Part shown: piece after piece, positions 37,259-47,667 of the stretch
How positions within the stretch are numbered: position 1 is the first letter of the stretch
Layout of the letters: every line of letters starts with the position of its first letter
Origin: Actinomycetota bacterium
Lineage (GTDB): Bacteria > Actinomycetota > UBA4738
Direction of reading: 5' to 3'
DNA: 64,000 nt
Assembly: GCA_036505215.1 (NCBI GenBank)
Contig: DASXTW010000160.1
Coordinates: 12,825-76,824 of the forward strand
Translations under genes and position numbers: made by a program
The notes under the pieces: model-generated
Database searches by the model: none
Told to the model about the DNA's origin: nothing
What the model saw: only the letters and a program-made list of their open reading frames with translations

Positions 37259-37953
37259 TTGCCGATCATCGAACACATGTTCGATGCCAAGCGAGTCGGG
37301 GAGCGCGTTCGGGCCGCACTCCTGGCCTATCCCGATCCCTCCGGGCTGACGGAGGACCAAGCCGAGGCTGGATTCGCCCAGCTCCAGCGGATCTCCGAGC
37401 TGGTGGAGGCCAAGCGGCTGCGGTGGCTGGCCGAGCTGGAACGACGCGCTTCGTACCGCCAGGACGGATACCTATCGGCGGCGGCATGGCTTTCGGACCG
37501 GTTCGGACTTGCCGCCGGACAGGCCGGGGAAGGACCAGACCCGAACATCGCCGGTGCGAGTTGGACCACACGGGGGCGGTCCATCCTGCCACGGCCCATC
37601 GCCTGGCCTGCGACGCCTCGGTCTTGCCGGTGGTCATGGGCGGCCCATCCGAGCCCCTGGATGTCGGGAGGAGAACCCCGGTGGTGTCGGCAGCCCTGCC
37701 CCGGGCGGTCGCCCTCAGAGATCGTCGGTGCCGATTTCCTGGGTGCTACCGGCCTCACGCGTGGTGTGAAGCGCACCACGTCGTCCATTGGGCCGACGGA
37801 GGGGTGACCGCGCTTCACAACCTGATTCCGCTGTGCCGGCCCCACCACCGCCTCATGCATGAGGGTGGGTTCGGGGTGAAGATGCTCAAGGGCAGGCCCA
37901 TGTTCCGACGGCCGGATGGGTCGCTGCTCGATGAGGGAAGGGCCCCTCCGTAG
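37259..37953 (+). pseudogene. DUF222/HNH endonuclease (13E12-repeat-like family), frameshifted and internally deleted
   Basis: The DUF222-like N-terminus (LAELERRASYRQDGYLSAAAWLSDRFGL) lies in ORF 37259..37807. The HNH C-terminus (HRLACDASVLPVVMGG...CRFPGC...WCEAHHVVHW...LIPLCRPHHRLMH) lies in the +2-shifted ORF 37423..37953. The total is far shorter than typical full-length members, which are about 400+ aa. Confidence 0.75.
37269..37284. promoter_or_regulatory. LexA (SOS) box TCGAACACATGTTCGA on the 5' end of the HNH/DUF222 remnant
   Basis: This 16-mer is identical to the reverse complement of the recA-upstream box. It overlaps codons 4-9 of the 37259 ORF. Confidence 0.75.
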
Positions 37954-37992
37954 AGGTCGAGAGTCGTCCAGTCGGGTAGGAACACACACTGG

Positions 37993-39702
37993 CTAGCGTG
38001 CTGACGCCAGCAGGTGCTGCGCCGCCGTGACGGCGTCCTTGAGTGGGGCCTTTTCCCGTTGCCCGGCGGCTCGCGCTTTCAAGTCCACGCTCCCCGACTC
38101 GATCCCGCGCTTGCCCACGACCACCTGGACCGGGTAGCCGATCAGGTCGGCGTCAGCGAACTTCACCCCCGCTGTGACTACCCGATCGTCGAGGACGACC
38201 TCGATCCTGCCCTCCTGGAACGCCGCGTAGAGGCGCTCACCAGCCTCCACGACGGCCGGCTGATCCATGTTGGTCGGGATGACCACGACCTCATATGGGG
38301 CCAGTGCTTTCGGCCACGTAAGCCCGGCTTCGTCGTTGAACTGCTCGGCCGCGGCCGCCACGATCCGATCCACCCCGATCCCGTAGCAACCCATCTGGAA
38401 GGGCTGCTCGGTGCCGTCCTCGTCCACGAACGTCGCCTTGAGTGGCTTGGAATACCGCGCACCGAGCTGATAGACGTGCCCGAGGACCATCCCGCGCGAC
38501 AGGATCAGCCTGCCCCCGCACACGGGGCAGGGGTCCCCCTCGCGGACCTGGGACACGTCCTCCCACCGGTCCACGCGGAAATCGCGGCCCTCGTTGGCCC
38601 CGGTGACATGAAAGTCGGTCTTGTTGGCCCCGGTCACCCAGTTCTTCCCGGCGCGCACGGAGTGGTCGGCGATGACCGTGACGTCCTCAGGGAGACCTTG
38701 GGGTCCCACGAATCCCTTGATCAGGCCACGCTGGGCGAAGTCGTCCTCAGAGAATGGCTTCACGGGGGCGGGCCACATCGCCCGCCGTACCTTCTCCTCG
38801 TTGACCTCCCTGTCCCCGGGGATCAACACGGCCACGGTCCCGCCGCCCGCGTCGTACACCATGCACTTGAGCATCTCGGACGGCTTGCGGTCGAGGAGTT
38901 GCGAAACGGCATCGATGCTCGAGCGCCCGGGAGTGGGGACTTCCGTCAAGGGCTCGAGGTTCGAGCGGGACACGGGCTCCGGAGCCCGAGCCGTGGCGGC
39001 CTCGAGGTCCGCGGCGTAGTTGCACTTGTCGCAGTACACGAACAGGTCCTCCCCGACATCCGTGAGGGCCATGAACTCGTGGTTCACATCGCCGCCGATC
39101 TGCCCGGGATCGGCCTCGACGACCCGGTATTGCAGGCCACAGCGATCGCACACTCGCTTGTACGCCTCGAACATCACACCGTAGGAGGCTCGCATCCCCT
39201 CCTCGTCACGGTCGAACGAGTACGCATCCTTCATCAGGAACTCCCGTCCCCGGAGCAGCCCGAACCGAGGCCGGAACTCGTCGCGGTACTTCCACTCGAT
39301 CTGGTACAGGTTCACCGGTAGATCTCTATATGAGGTGAACTCGCCTGCCACGAGCGGCGTGACGACCTCTTCGTGGGTGGGGCCCAGGCCCAGCTCCCGA
39401 CCATGACGATCCTTGAGCTTGAACATCAGTTCTCCGTACGTTTGCCAGCGCCCGGTGACCTTCCACGGCTCGGCAGGCAGGATGATCGGCATCCGGATCT
39501 CTTGGGCGCCCGCTGCGTCCATCTCCTCCCGCACGATCTGCTCGACCTTGCGCAGCGTCCGCCACCCGAGGGGAAGCCATGTGTACGCGCCGGCCATCAC
39601 CTTGCGGATGTACGCGGCGCGAAGCAGCAACTGATGCGAGGCGATCTCGGCCTCGGCCGGAGCCTCCCGCAGGGTACGTGCGAAGAGGTTGGACATGCGC
39701 AT
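37993..39702 (-). CDS. proS: proline--tRNA ligase (bacterial type with editing domain)
   Basis: 569 aa with the canonical ProRS N-terminus MSNLFARTLREAP and class II motifs. Confidence 0.97.
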   Translation of the reverse strand: MRMSNLFARTLREAPAEAEIASHQLLLRAAYIRKVMAGAYTWLPLGWRTLRKVEQIVREEMDAAGAQEIRMPIILPAEPWKVTGRWQTYGELMFKLKDRHGRELGLGPTHEEVVTPLVAGEFTSYRDLPVNLYQIEWKYRDEFRPRFGLLRGREFLMKDAYSFDRDEEGMRASYGVMFEAYKRVCDRCGLQYRVVEADPGQIGGDVNHEFMALTDVGEDLFVYCDKCNYAADLEAATARAPEPVSRSNLEPLTEVPTPGRSSIDAVSQLLDRKPSEMLKCMVYDAGGGTVAVLIPGDREVNEEKVRRAMWPAPVKPFSEDDFAQRGLIKGFVGPQGLPEDVTVIADHSVRAGKNWVTGANKTDFHVTGANEGRDFRVDRWEDVSQVREGDPCPVCGGRLILSRGMVLGHVYQLGARYSKPLKATFVDEDGTEQPFQMGCYGIGVDRIVAAAAEQFNDEAGLTWPKALAPYEVVVIPTNMDQPAVVEAGERLYAAFQEGRIEVVLDDRVVTAGVKFADADLIGYPVQVVVGKRGIESGSVDLKARAAGQREKAPLKDAVTAAQHLLASAR

Positions 39703-39937
39703 GGCAACTCAGGATACGGGATGCGTTTGCGGCCGGACCGGAAGTTGCTCTCGCCCGGAGCCGCAGGGCCATGACCACTCGATCTCTGTCCCGGACGGGA
39801 CATTCACCACAGCTTCGTCGCGATCGGCTTCCTGCAGGGACCGGCTCGTCTCGTATACGGAGATGAGGGCCTCATCCGAGGGCCGTAACGGTGCGCCCAC
39901 GCTTGCTCCCGCGAGAGCACGCGAGAAGGGAGGAAGA

Positions 39938-41653
39938 ATGCGGTTACGTTGGCTCATCAGGGCCATGGCCCTGCTCGGGATCCTGGCCGTTGTGGCGACG
40001 GCGTGCGGTGGGGGAAAGAAGACGACCTCCGGTCAGACGACCGGCACCCCGAGCGGGCAACCCAGAAAGGGCGGTTCGATCGTGGTCGGCGCCGAGCAGT
40101 GGCCGGAGTGCGTGAATCCGATCACCAGCTGCTCCTCCGCGACGTGGTACTGGTACTCGGTCGCCGAGCACGTCATGCCCTATGCCATGGTGCTGAACCT
40201 GCAGGGCAACTTCGTGGCGTCTCCCTTGCTGGTGGAGGCCCCCACCCTGGACAACGGCGGGATCACCCAGAATCCCTTCACGGTCACGCTCAAGATCAAT
40301 CCCAGGGCGACATGGGCGGACGGACAGCCGATCACCTCGGCAGACGTCGACTTCACCTGGCGCGCCATCATGAACACCACCGGCGCGTACACGACGGTCG
40401 GCTACGACCAGATCCAGGCCATCGACACCAGCGACCCCAAGACGGCGGTCATCAAGTTCAAGAAGGTCTTCGTGGACTGGCCCGATCTGTTCGGCGGCGT
40501 CTACCAGGGGATCCTGGAGAAGGCGGCGTTCCCCAAGTTCGCCAACGACCCCAAGCCGAACCTGAAGAACGAGATGCAGTCCAGCATTCCCTTCTCAGGC
40601 GGCCCCTGGGTCCTGAAGAGCTGGAGCAAGGACCAGGCCGTGCTGGTGCGGAACGACAAGTATTACGGCCAGGTGCCTCTGCTCGACCAGGTCACCATCG
40701 TTCCGCGGACCGATCAGGCGACTGAGATCCAGTCGCTGATGACAGGGGAGGTCTCGGCGATCTACCCGCAGCCCTCCGACGTCAGCCTGTTGGACCAGGT
40801 CTCGTCCAACTCGAACGTCAAGGCGGTCGGATCGGACGGAGCCTACTTCGAGGCTCTGTGGTTCAACCTCGATTCCCCGCCGATGAACGACCCCAAGGTT
40901 CGAGAGGCGTTCATGTATGCCGTCGACCGGAAGGCCGTCATCGACGCGATCATCAAGTTGAACAATCCCAACGCGGAGGTGCTGAATTGCGGATTCGTGT
41001 CGTTCCCGAACATCGGGCCATGGTGTCAGACCAAGCCGTTCCAGCAGTTCACCTACGATCCGGCCAAGGCCAAACAGATCCTGGGGAGCGATGGGTGGAG
41101 CTGCAGCGCAACCCCCTGCACGAAGAACGGGAAGCAGCTGACGGTGGAGTACTCGACGGTAGCCGACAACACCCGGCGCACCACCACCCAGGAGCTCCTC
41201 CAGAGCAAGGTCAAGTCGGCCGGGTTCGGCTTCAAGATCAAGAACTACGAAGCCGGCATCCTGTTCGGTGACGTGGGACCCAAGGGAAAGTTCACCATCG
41301 CCGACTACGCTACCGGCGGGTCGGTCGACCCCAGCATCACGAGCACGCTGGCCTGCGAGAACATCCCCTCGACGAAGAACCAGTTCGGAGGGGGGAACTG
41401 GAACCACTGGTGCGACACGGCAGCCACGAACTTGATGCACCAGAGCGACCGGGAGCTGGACCAGAGCAAGCGGCTCAACCTCTTCAACCAGATTTACGCT
41501 GCGGAGGCAAAGGACTTCGTGTCTCTTCCGCTATACGTCCTGCCGAACGTGGGCGCGTGGCGGACGGACAAGATCGCCGGTCCCATCTCCGCGTACATCC
41601 CGTCGAATCTCGGGATGTTCTGGAATCTGAATCAGTGGTACCTGGCTTCGTAG
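39938..41653 (+). CDS. ABC transporter substrate-binding lipoprotein, family 5 (peptide/nickel type)
   Basis: Starts at MRLRWLIRAMALLGILAVVATACGG (lipobox, SD GGGAGGAAG) and has an SBP_bac_5-like body. The track start at 39689 is an upstream extension. Confidence 0.88.
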   Translation: MRLRWLIRAMALLGILAVVATACGGGKKTTSGQTTGTPSGQPRKGGSIVVGAEQWPECVNPITSCSSATWYWYSVAEHVMPYAMVLNLQGNFVASPLLVEAPTLDNGGITQNPFTVTLKINPRATWADGQPITSADVDFTWRAIMNTTGAYTTVGYDQIQAIDTSDPKTAVIKFKKVFVDWPDLFGGVYQGILEKAAFPKFANDPKPNLKNEMQSSIPFSGGPWVLKSWSKDQAVLVRNDKYYGQVPLLDQVTIVPRTDQATEIQSLMTGEVSAIYPQPSDVSLLDQVSSNSNVKAVGSDGAYFEALWFNLDSPPMNDPKVREAFMYAVDRKAVIDAIIKLNNPNAEVLNCGFVSFPNIGPWCQTKPFQQFTYDPAKAKQILGSDGWSCSATPCTKNGKQLTVEYSTVADNTRRTTTQELLQSKVKSAGFGFKIKNYEAGILFGDVGPKGKFTIADYATGGSVDPSITSTLACENIPSTKNQFGGGNWNHWCDTAATNLMHQSDRELDQSKRLNLFNQIYAAEAKDFVSLPLYVLPNVGAWRTDKIAGPISAYIPSNLGMFWNLNQWYLAS

Positions 41654-41664
41654 GAAGCCGAGAG

Positions 41665-41698
41665 AAACAGGCCCCGGGAACTCCGGGGCCTGTTTTCT
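41665..41698. terminator. bidirectional intrinsic terminator between the SBP gene and the Crp-family gene
   Basis: AAACAGGCCCCGG-gaact-CCGGGGCCTGTTT is flanked by a T-run on both strands. Confidence 0.8.
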
Positions 41699-41731
41699 GC
41701 CCTCCGTGAGTCCGGCGCAGTTGGAATATAT

Positions 41732-42481
41732 CTATGCAGCGATCCGGTGGAGCCGTTCTCGATCGAGGATCTCCACGCGCCGGTAGGTCAGCCGGACCAG
41801 CCCCTCGCGCTCGAACTCTTTGAGGATCCGGTTCACCCGAGGCCTGGAGGCTCCGAGCAGCCCGGCGAGCGTGGACTGAGGCAGGCGGATCAGACCCTCG
41901 TCGCCCCCCGCTTCGTCCAGCAGGAGCGCCGCCACCCGCGATTTCAGGGTCCCGCTGATGAGTTCACCAAGGCGGTGCTGCATGCGATCCATCCGACGAG
42001 CAAGGGTCCAGATGAACGCACGGGCCAGGCCCGGCCTGGTCGCCAGCAACCCGCTGAGCTCCTCCGCCCCGATGACGAGGAGCGTGGCGGGAGTCACTGT
42101 CCGGGCGCTGAACGCGGACGGAGTCCCGGCCACGAAAGGGGCGGCCCCGAGCAGGTCACCCGGCCGCAGGATCTCGAAGACCACCCGGCGGCGTCCTGCC
42201 AACCGATACAGCTCGATCTCCCCGGCCTGGACTGACGCGACGAAATCGACCAGCTGGCCTTCGGAGAACAGCCTCGTGCCCGGAGCGGCCTGAACGGCCT
42301 CCACCAGGTCCTCGAGCTCGCTCAGCTCGCTCTCCGACGGCTCCATCCACCGTGGCCGACCCAGGGACGACGCCACCCCGGAGGCCCGCCTCAGCAGGTC
42401 CCGCACCGATGGATCGGCACGGTGACGCCGATGGCTGGACACCTCGGAGGCTGATTGCGTGGCCGCCATCGCAACAGCCAA
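41732..42481 (-). CDS. Crp/Fnr family transcriptional regulator
   Basis: 249 aa with a cNMP-binding-like beta-roll and a C-terminal HTH (STLAGLLGASRPRVNRILKEFEREGLV). Confidence 0.85.
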   Translation of the reverse strand: MAVAMAATQSASEVSSHRRHRADPSVRDLLRRASGVASSLGRPRWMEPSESELSELEDLVEAVQAAPGTRLFSEGQLVDFVASVQAGEIELYRLAGRRRVVFEILRPGDLLGAAPFVAGTPSAFSARTVTPATLLVIGAEELSGLLATRPGLARAFIWTLARRMDRMQHRLGELISGTLKSRVAALLLDEAGGDEGLIRLPQSTLAGLLGASRPRVNRILKEFEREGLVRLTYRRVEILDRERLHRIAA

Positions 42482-42524
42482 ACCTAGTACCGATCGATGT
42501 GGAGGAATTGTGTAGGCCGTGACG

Positions 42525-43628
42525 CTACTCAGCAGCCGCGGTGGCCTCGAGCTCCTTCTCCCGAGCCATCTTCCTGGCCTCTTCGATCAGGACTTCGACA
42601 ATCTTGTCTTCGGGGATGCGATGCTCGCGCACCTCGCCTTTCACGATGAGCTGACCGTACCCCTTCCCGGCGGCGATCCCGAGGTCTGCCTCTCGCGCCT
42701 CGCCGGGCCCGTTCACCACGCACCCCATCACGGCCACCCTGATCGGAGCCTTCAGTCCCTCCCGCTCCAGGGCCTCGTTCACCTGCTTGGTCAAGCCGAG
42801 CACGTCGACCTCGGCCCGGCCGCACGACGGGCAGGCGACGAGGTCCAGGCCGCGCTTCTTCAAGCCGAGAGACTGCAAGATCCAGTTGCCGACCTTGACC
42901 TCCTCGACAGGATCATCCGTCAGCGACACCCGGATGGTGTCCCCGATCCCCTCCGCCAGCAGCGTGCCGATGCCGACGGCCGACTTCACCCCACCCGAGG
43001 GCATGGGCCCGGCCTCGGTGACCCCGAGGTGCAGCGGGTAGTCGCATCTCTCCGCGAGCATCCGGTAGGCATCGATCATCACCCGCGGGTTGGAGTGCTT
43101 CACCGAGATCTTGATGTCGAAGAAATCCTCGTCCTCGAGGATCCGGGCCTCTCCGAGCGCGCTCTCCACCAGGGCCTCCGCCGTCGGCGCGCCGTGCTTC
43201 GCCAGCAGTTCCTTCTCCAGCGATCCGGCGTTGACGCCGATCCGGATGGGGACGCCGCGACCTTTCGCTTCGCGAGCGATCAGCCGGACCTTGTCCTGGT
43301 ATTTGATGTTGCCGGGGTTGATCCGCAGTCCGTGGATCCCGCCTTCGAGGGCGGCCATGGCGTACTTCCACTGGAAGTGGATATCGGCGATGACGGGGAT
43401 CGTGGCATGTTCGGCGATCGTCTTGAGGGCTTCGGCGTCCTCCCAGTGGGGAACGGCCACCCGCACGAGCTCGCATCCCGTCGCCACCAGGGCGGCCATC
43501 TGCTGAAGGGTGGCGTTCACGTCCGCCGTCTTGGTGGTGGTCATCGACTGGACGCGGATGGGGGCGTCGCCGCCAACCTCGACCCAGCCAACCCGGATTT
43601 TCCTCGATTTTCTGCGTTCACCCAGCAT
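42525..43628 (-). CDS. ispG: 4-hydroxy-3-methylbut-2-en-1-yl diphosphate synthase
   Basis: 367 aa. [13 protein letters not shown]...CPSCGR...GCVVNGPGE. Confidence 0.95.
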   Translation of the reverse strand: MLGERRKSRKIRVGWVEVGGDAPIRVQSMTTTKTADVNATLQQMAALVATGCELVRVAVPHWEDAEALKTIAEHATIPVIADIHFQWKYAMAALEGGIHGLRINPGNIKYQDKVRLIAREAKGRGVPIRIGVNAGSLEKELLAKHGAPTAEALVESALGEARILEDEDFFDIKISVKHSNPRVMIDAYRMLAERCDYPLHLGVTEAGPMPSGGVKSAVGIGTLLAEGIGDTIRVSLTDDPVEEVKVGNWILQSLGLKKRGLDLVACPSCGRAEVDVLGLTKQVNEALEREGLKAPIRVAVMGCVVNGPGEAREADLGIAAGKGYGQLIVKGEVREHRIPEDKIVEVLIEEARKMAREKELEATAAAE

Positions 43629-43681
43629 TTCAAGTCCAGTATCTCAACTCTGTGGATGGGACTGGTCTGACTCTTCGACGG

Positions 43682-44131
43682 TCAGTCCCCAAACACATGA
43701 AAAACAATCAGACGGTCCTTCGGCTCGTCCAGCTCCAGGAGGAGCAGCCGCTGCCACTGGCCGAACATCGGCTCGCCGGCGGCCACCGGGATGGCATGGG
43801 AGGTCGCCCCGAGGACCATCTGGGTCACGTGGGCCTGACCGTTGGCCCGCTCATGCCCTTCCTGAAGATTCTGCGTCCGCCGCTCCAGGTCGTCGTGGGC
43901 GTAATAGACGTTGCCCGGCACCAGTTCCTCCATCCTGCGACGGAGGTCGTCCAGCGCCCCATCCTCCCATTCGTTGATGAGCAGGGCGCACGTGGTGTGA
44001 GCACAGAAGGCCACCGCGCATCCTTCGGTGACGCCCGAGTCCTTGATCGCCCGGCGCAGATCGTCGGTCACGTCGACGAAGTGATGGCGTCGCTCGGGGC
44101 GCACCTGGATGGTCAGTGTCGTCGACTTCAC
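43682..44131 (-). CDS. yjbQ: YjbQ/UPF0047 family protein (secondary thiamine-phosphate synthase)
   Basis: 149 aa. FVDVTDDL...VAFCAHTTCALLINEWEDG...GQWQRLLLLELD. Confidence 0.85.
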   Translation of the reverse strand: MKSTTLTIQVRPERRHHFVDVTDDLRRAIKDSGVTEGCAVAFCAHTTCALLINEWEDGALDDLRRRMEELVPGNVYYAHDDLERRTQNLQEGHERANGQAHVTQMVLGATSHAIPVAAGEPMFGQWQRLLLLELDEPKDRLIVFHVFGD

Positions 44132-44209
44132 GCGTTCTCCTCCTTCACCCGTTTGCCGCTTCGCTGCTCGAGGCTCTCGGGCCTACCCCTTCCCGCTGGT
44201 CGAGGCTCG

Positions 44210-45667
44210 TTATGCCCTGGCCGGCGACTTCCCGGCCCCGGTCGGCGACGTCTCTTCCCCATTGAGGTCTCTGTGCTCGGTGCCCGATGCCGGCAGGGCG
44301 AACGTGAACCGGGCACCTTGCTCTTCGCTCTCGGCCCAGATTCTTCCTCCGTGAGCCTCCACCACCGAGCGGGCGATGGCCAGGCCGAGACCCGTGCCTC
44401 CGTCGCCGCGAGACCTGGATGGATCTACCCGGTAGAACCTCTCGAACACCAAGGGGAGGTGCTCCTTCGAGATGCCCGGCCCCGTGTCCTCCACGGAAAC
44501 TTCACACGACTTGTTCTCCTGCGCTGCTCGCACCGTCACCGCCCCGCCGGGCGGGGTGAAGCGCACGGCGTTGTCGAGGAGGTTGAACAGCACCTGGTGG
44601 ATTCGTTCGCGGTCGGCCTCCACCGGAGGCAGGTCGGTGGGGACCTCGTTGTGAATCTCCACCGTCCTGGCGCGGTCGGGCCGGGCTACCTCGATCTCCT
44701 TGACCACTCGTTCCACCAGCAGACCCAGCGGGACCGGCTCGATCTCCAGAGGCACGTCGCCGGCCTCCAGGCGCGACAGGTCGAGGAGCTGGTCGATCAG
44801 CCGGGAGAGGCGTTCGGACTGTTGGAGCATGACCTCGATGAGCGCCGGGTTCGGATCCTCCACGCCATCCAACAGGTTCTCCAGGTGGGCCCGCAGCGCC
44901 GAGATCGGCGTCTTGAGCTCGTGGGACACGTTGGCCACCAGATCCCGCCGCAGGCGCTCGAGGCTCTCCATCTCTCCAGCCATCCGGTTGAATGCCACGG
45001 CCAACTGGCCGACCTCGTCGCGTGACCGAACGGTCACGCTGGCCCGGTAGTCACCCTTGGACATCCTGCGGGCAGCCTGCGCCATGTCACGGAGCGGCTG
45101 GGTCATGCCCCGGGCCAGGATGCGCGCGAGGAACAGCGCGATGAACGCGGCGATGGCCCCCGCCAGGAGGAACTGCCACCAGACGCTTCGAACGAACCGG
45201 GCCGTCCCGGCGATGGCCCCGGCCGGGCCGCTTCCCTCGAGCCGGTGGGAGAGGTACACGGCCCCCACCACCGTCCCCTGCCGCAGGACCGGGACGCCCA
45301 GGTACTCGACTCGTCCGTGCGTCCCGGTGTCGATGGCGCCGGTCAGGGCACGGTCCGCCGTCGGGGGAACTTCCAGATCGCCGGCCAGGGGCTTGCCCGA
45401 CGGCCCGATCACCACGACGGGATTGGGGACCTGTCCGATCACCCGGTTGAGGGATTTCGACGGGACGCCGGTCGGGGTGAAGGAAAGCGCCGCCACCCCC
45501 TGAGCCTGGCCCAGGAGCTGGCGCAGCTCCCGGTCCCGTTCCGATTGACGAAGGGCGAAGCCGACCGCAATGTACATGATCAGGATGGTCACGGCCACGG
45601 CGAACACGATCACCGAACCGAGCTTGGCTCGGATCGTGGGGAGGCGGTCGAGCGGCCGCATGGCCAT
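44210..45667 (-). CDS. sensor histidine kinase (TM, HAMP, HisKA, HATPase_c)
   Basis: Contains the H-box VANVSHELKTP plus N, G1 and G2 boxes. ATG 45667 overlaps the regulator stop by 1 nt (TGATG). Confidence 0.9.
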   Translation of the reverse strand: MAMRPLDRLPTIRAKLGSVIVFAVAVTILIMYIAVGFALRQSERDRELRQLLGQAQGVAALSFTPTGVPSKSLNRVIGQVPNPVVVIGPSGKPLAGDLEVPPTADRALTGAIDTGTHGRVEYLGVPVLRQGTVVGAVYLSHRLEGSGPAGAIAGTARFVRSVWWQFLLAGAIAAFIALFLARILARGMTQPLRDMAQAARRMSKGDYRASVTVRSRDEVGQLAVAFNRMAGEMESLERLRRDLVANVSHELKTPISALRAHLENLLDGVEDPNPALIEVMLQQSERLSRLIDQLLDLSRLEAGDVPLEIEPVPLGLLVERVVKEIEVARPDRARTVEIHNEVPTDLPPVEADRERIHQVLFNLLDNAVRFTPPGGAVTVRAAQENKSCEVSVEDTGPGISKEHLPLVFERFYRVDPSRSRGDGGTGLGLAIARSVVEAHGGRIWAESEEQGARFTFALPASGTEHRDLNGEETSPTGAGKSPARA

Positions 45668-46392
45668 CAGCCCTGCAGGGCCCCCCGAGCCATCTCGCGC
45701 TCCTCTTCCTGAAAGGCGTACCCGACACCGTGGACCGTGCGGATGTACTTCGGCTCGGCCGCCTCGTCCCCGAGCTTGCGACGGACCCGTGCGACATGGG
45801 AGTCGACCACTCGGCCCCCCGCGTAGTCGCGGTAGCCCCACACCCGGTCCATGAGCTGATCCCGACTGAACACCACGCCCGGGCTCCTGGCCAGAGTGAG
45901 CAGGATCTCGAACTCGAGTGGCGTGAGCGTGATCTCGTGTTCACCTCGGCTGATCCGCCGTCGAGCGGGATCGATGGAAAGGTCGAAGCGGGTCACTGAC
46001 TCGGTCGGATCCGCCTGGTGGATACGATCCATCCGCCGGAGAATGGCCCGTACTCGAGCCGCCAACTCGCGAAGGCTGAACGGTTTCGTCAAGTAGTCGT
46101 CGGCTCCCACGGCGAAACCGGCCACCTTGTCTGCCTCGTCCGTCCGAGCGGTGAGCATGAGAACCGGCACCCAGTCGTTCTTCTGGATCTCGCGGCATAC
46201 CTCCAGGCCGTCCATGCCGGGCAACATGAGGTCGAGGACGACCAGATCGGGGGGCTCCGCCGAGGCCGAGCGGAGCGCTTCGGGCCCGTCGTAGACGACC
46301 CGTACCTGGTACCCCTCGCTGGCGAGGCGGGCCCGGACGGCCTCGGCGATGGCCTCCTCGTCTTCGACGACCAGGATCTTCCTGCCGGTCAT
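45667..46392 (-). CDS. OmpR-family response regulator
   Basis: MTGRKILVVEDEEAIAEAV...DLMLPGMDG, with a winged-helix C-terminus. The track extension to 46758 is unsupported. Confidence 0.92.
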   Translation of the reverse strand: MTGRKILVVEDEEAIAEAVRARLASEGYQVRVVYDGPEALRSASAEPPDLVVLDLMLPGMDGLEVCREIQKNDWVPVLMLTARTDEADKVAGFAVGADDYLTKPFSLRELAARVRAILRRMDRIHQADPTESVTRFDLSIDPARRRISRGEHEITLTPLEFEILLTLARSPGVVFSRDQLMDRVWGYRDYAGGRVVDSHVARVRRKLGDEAAEPKYIRTVHGVGYAFQEEEREMARGALQG

Positions 46393-46511
46393 GGGCAACG
46401 GCGGGCGAGCAGAACGGGTCCGTTCACGGACCAATCCTAGCCCTCCGCTTCTTGCCGTCCCGTCCGACAGGTGTGGAGAACCTGTAACGGGTGCAGGCAG
46501 AGCAGCCCGAC

Positions 46512-47642
46512 TCAGCGGAACGGCGTCGGGATCGGGTTGACGATGTCGAGATAGGTGATGGCGAGGGCGAACAGGATGATGAAGCTCGTGACGAGCGCCG
46601 TGACCGGAACCAGCTTGCGGATGTCGGGCTTGCGCCGACGCAGCTTCTCGTAGGCAAGGATCGCCAGATGGCCGCCGTCGAGAGGCGGTAGCGGAGCCAG
46701 GTTCAGGATCGCAACGAAGATATTGAACCCCACGAGCAGCCCGATGAAGAAGTCCCATGCTCCGGCCCGGACCGCCTGCCCGGCCACTCGGGTGGCCCCG
46801 ACCACCCCGATCGCGTCGTTCGGTGTGCGCTCGCCCGAACCCACCAGGAGGTGTCCGACGCGCCGGAGCGCCGAGGGGCCGAACACGTCCCCGAGTCTGA
46901 GGACGACATCCTTGGTGCTCTGACCGGTGATGATGGCGGACCGTCCGATGGCGGTGAACGGATCGGTCCGCTCGCGGACCGCCCCGAGCGACACCCCCAG
47001 GCGCCCCACCGGCTGGCGAACACCGGGCACTCTGGCCAGGACCGGCGTCGCGGTGACGGTGATCGTTCGGCCGCTTCGGCGGATGGTCACCTTGATCGGC
47101 CGGCCGACGTGGCTCCGGGTGAATTGGATCAACGCGTCCGCGGAATGGACCGGGATCCCTTCTACAGCCAGGATCTCGTCCCCTTGCCGCAACCCCGCCT
47201 GGACCGCCGGTGAGATCTGGCGGTTCAGCGTGGGCACGATCGTCTCGACCATTGGCCGGTGCTCATTGGGAGCACCGATGGCCATGAAGAAGAACATGAG
47301 GAACAGGGCGGCCATCACGAAATGGGTCACCGGGCCCGCCACGATGACGATGGCGCGTTGCCACACCGGCTTGGCCCCGAACGTCCGCGGATACTCCTCC
47401 GGAGTGGGTTCCTGGAAGGGATTCATCCCGGCGATCCGGACGTACCCTCCCGCAGGGATGGCCTTGAGCCCGTACTCGGTCTCCCCCCGCCGGAAGGACC
47501 ACAGGCGAGGCCCGAACCCGACGAAAAACTCCTCCACCTTGATCCCGAACAGCTTGGCGGAGAAGAAGTGGCCCGCCTCGTGGACCATCACCACCAGGAT
47601 GAGCACCACGATGAACAGAAACACTCCAAGGGTTGTGGACAC
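46512..47642 (-). CDS. rseP: M50 site-2 protease RseP (Rip1-like) with PDZ domain
   Basis: Contains HEAGHF (HExxH) and LNLAPLPPLDGG. I chose the GTG 47642 start because it lies downstream of the dxr stop. Confidence 0.9.
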   Translation of the reverse strand: MSTTLGVFLFIVVLILVVMVHEAGHFFSAKLFGIKVEEFFVGFGPRLWSFRRGETEYGLKAIPAGGYVRIAGMNPFQEPTPEEYPRTFGAKPVWQRAIVIVAGPVTHFVMAALFLMFFFMAIGAPNEHRPMVETIVPTLNRQISPAVQAGLRQGDEILAVEGIPVHSADALIQFTRSHVGRPIKVTIRRSGRTITVTATPVLARVPGVRQPVGRLGVSLGAVRERTDPFTAIGRSAIITGQSTKDVVLRLGDVFGPSALRRVGHLLVGSGERTPNDAIGVVGATRVAGQAVRAGAWDFFIGLLVGFNIFVAILNLAPLPPLDGGHLAILAYEKLRRRKPDIRKLVPVTALVTSFIILFALAITYLDIVNPIPTPFR

Positions 47643-47667
47643 TGGGGATGACCCTTTCTCGGCAGCC

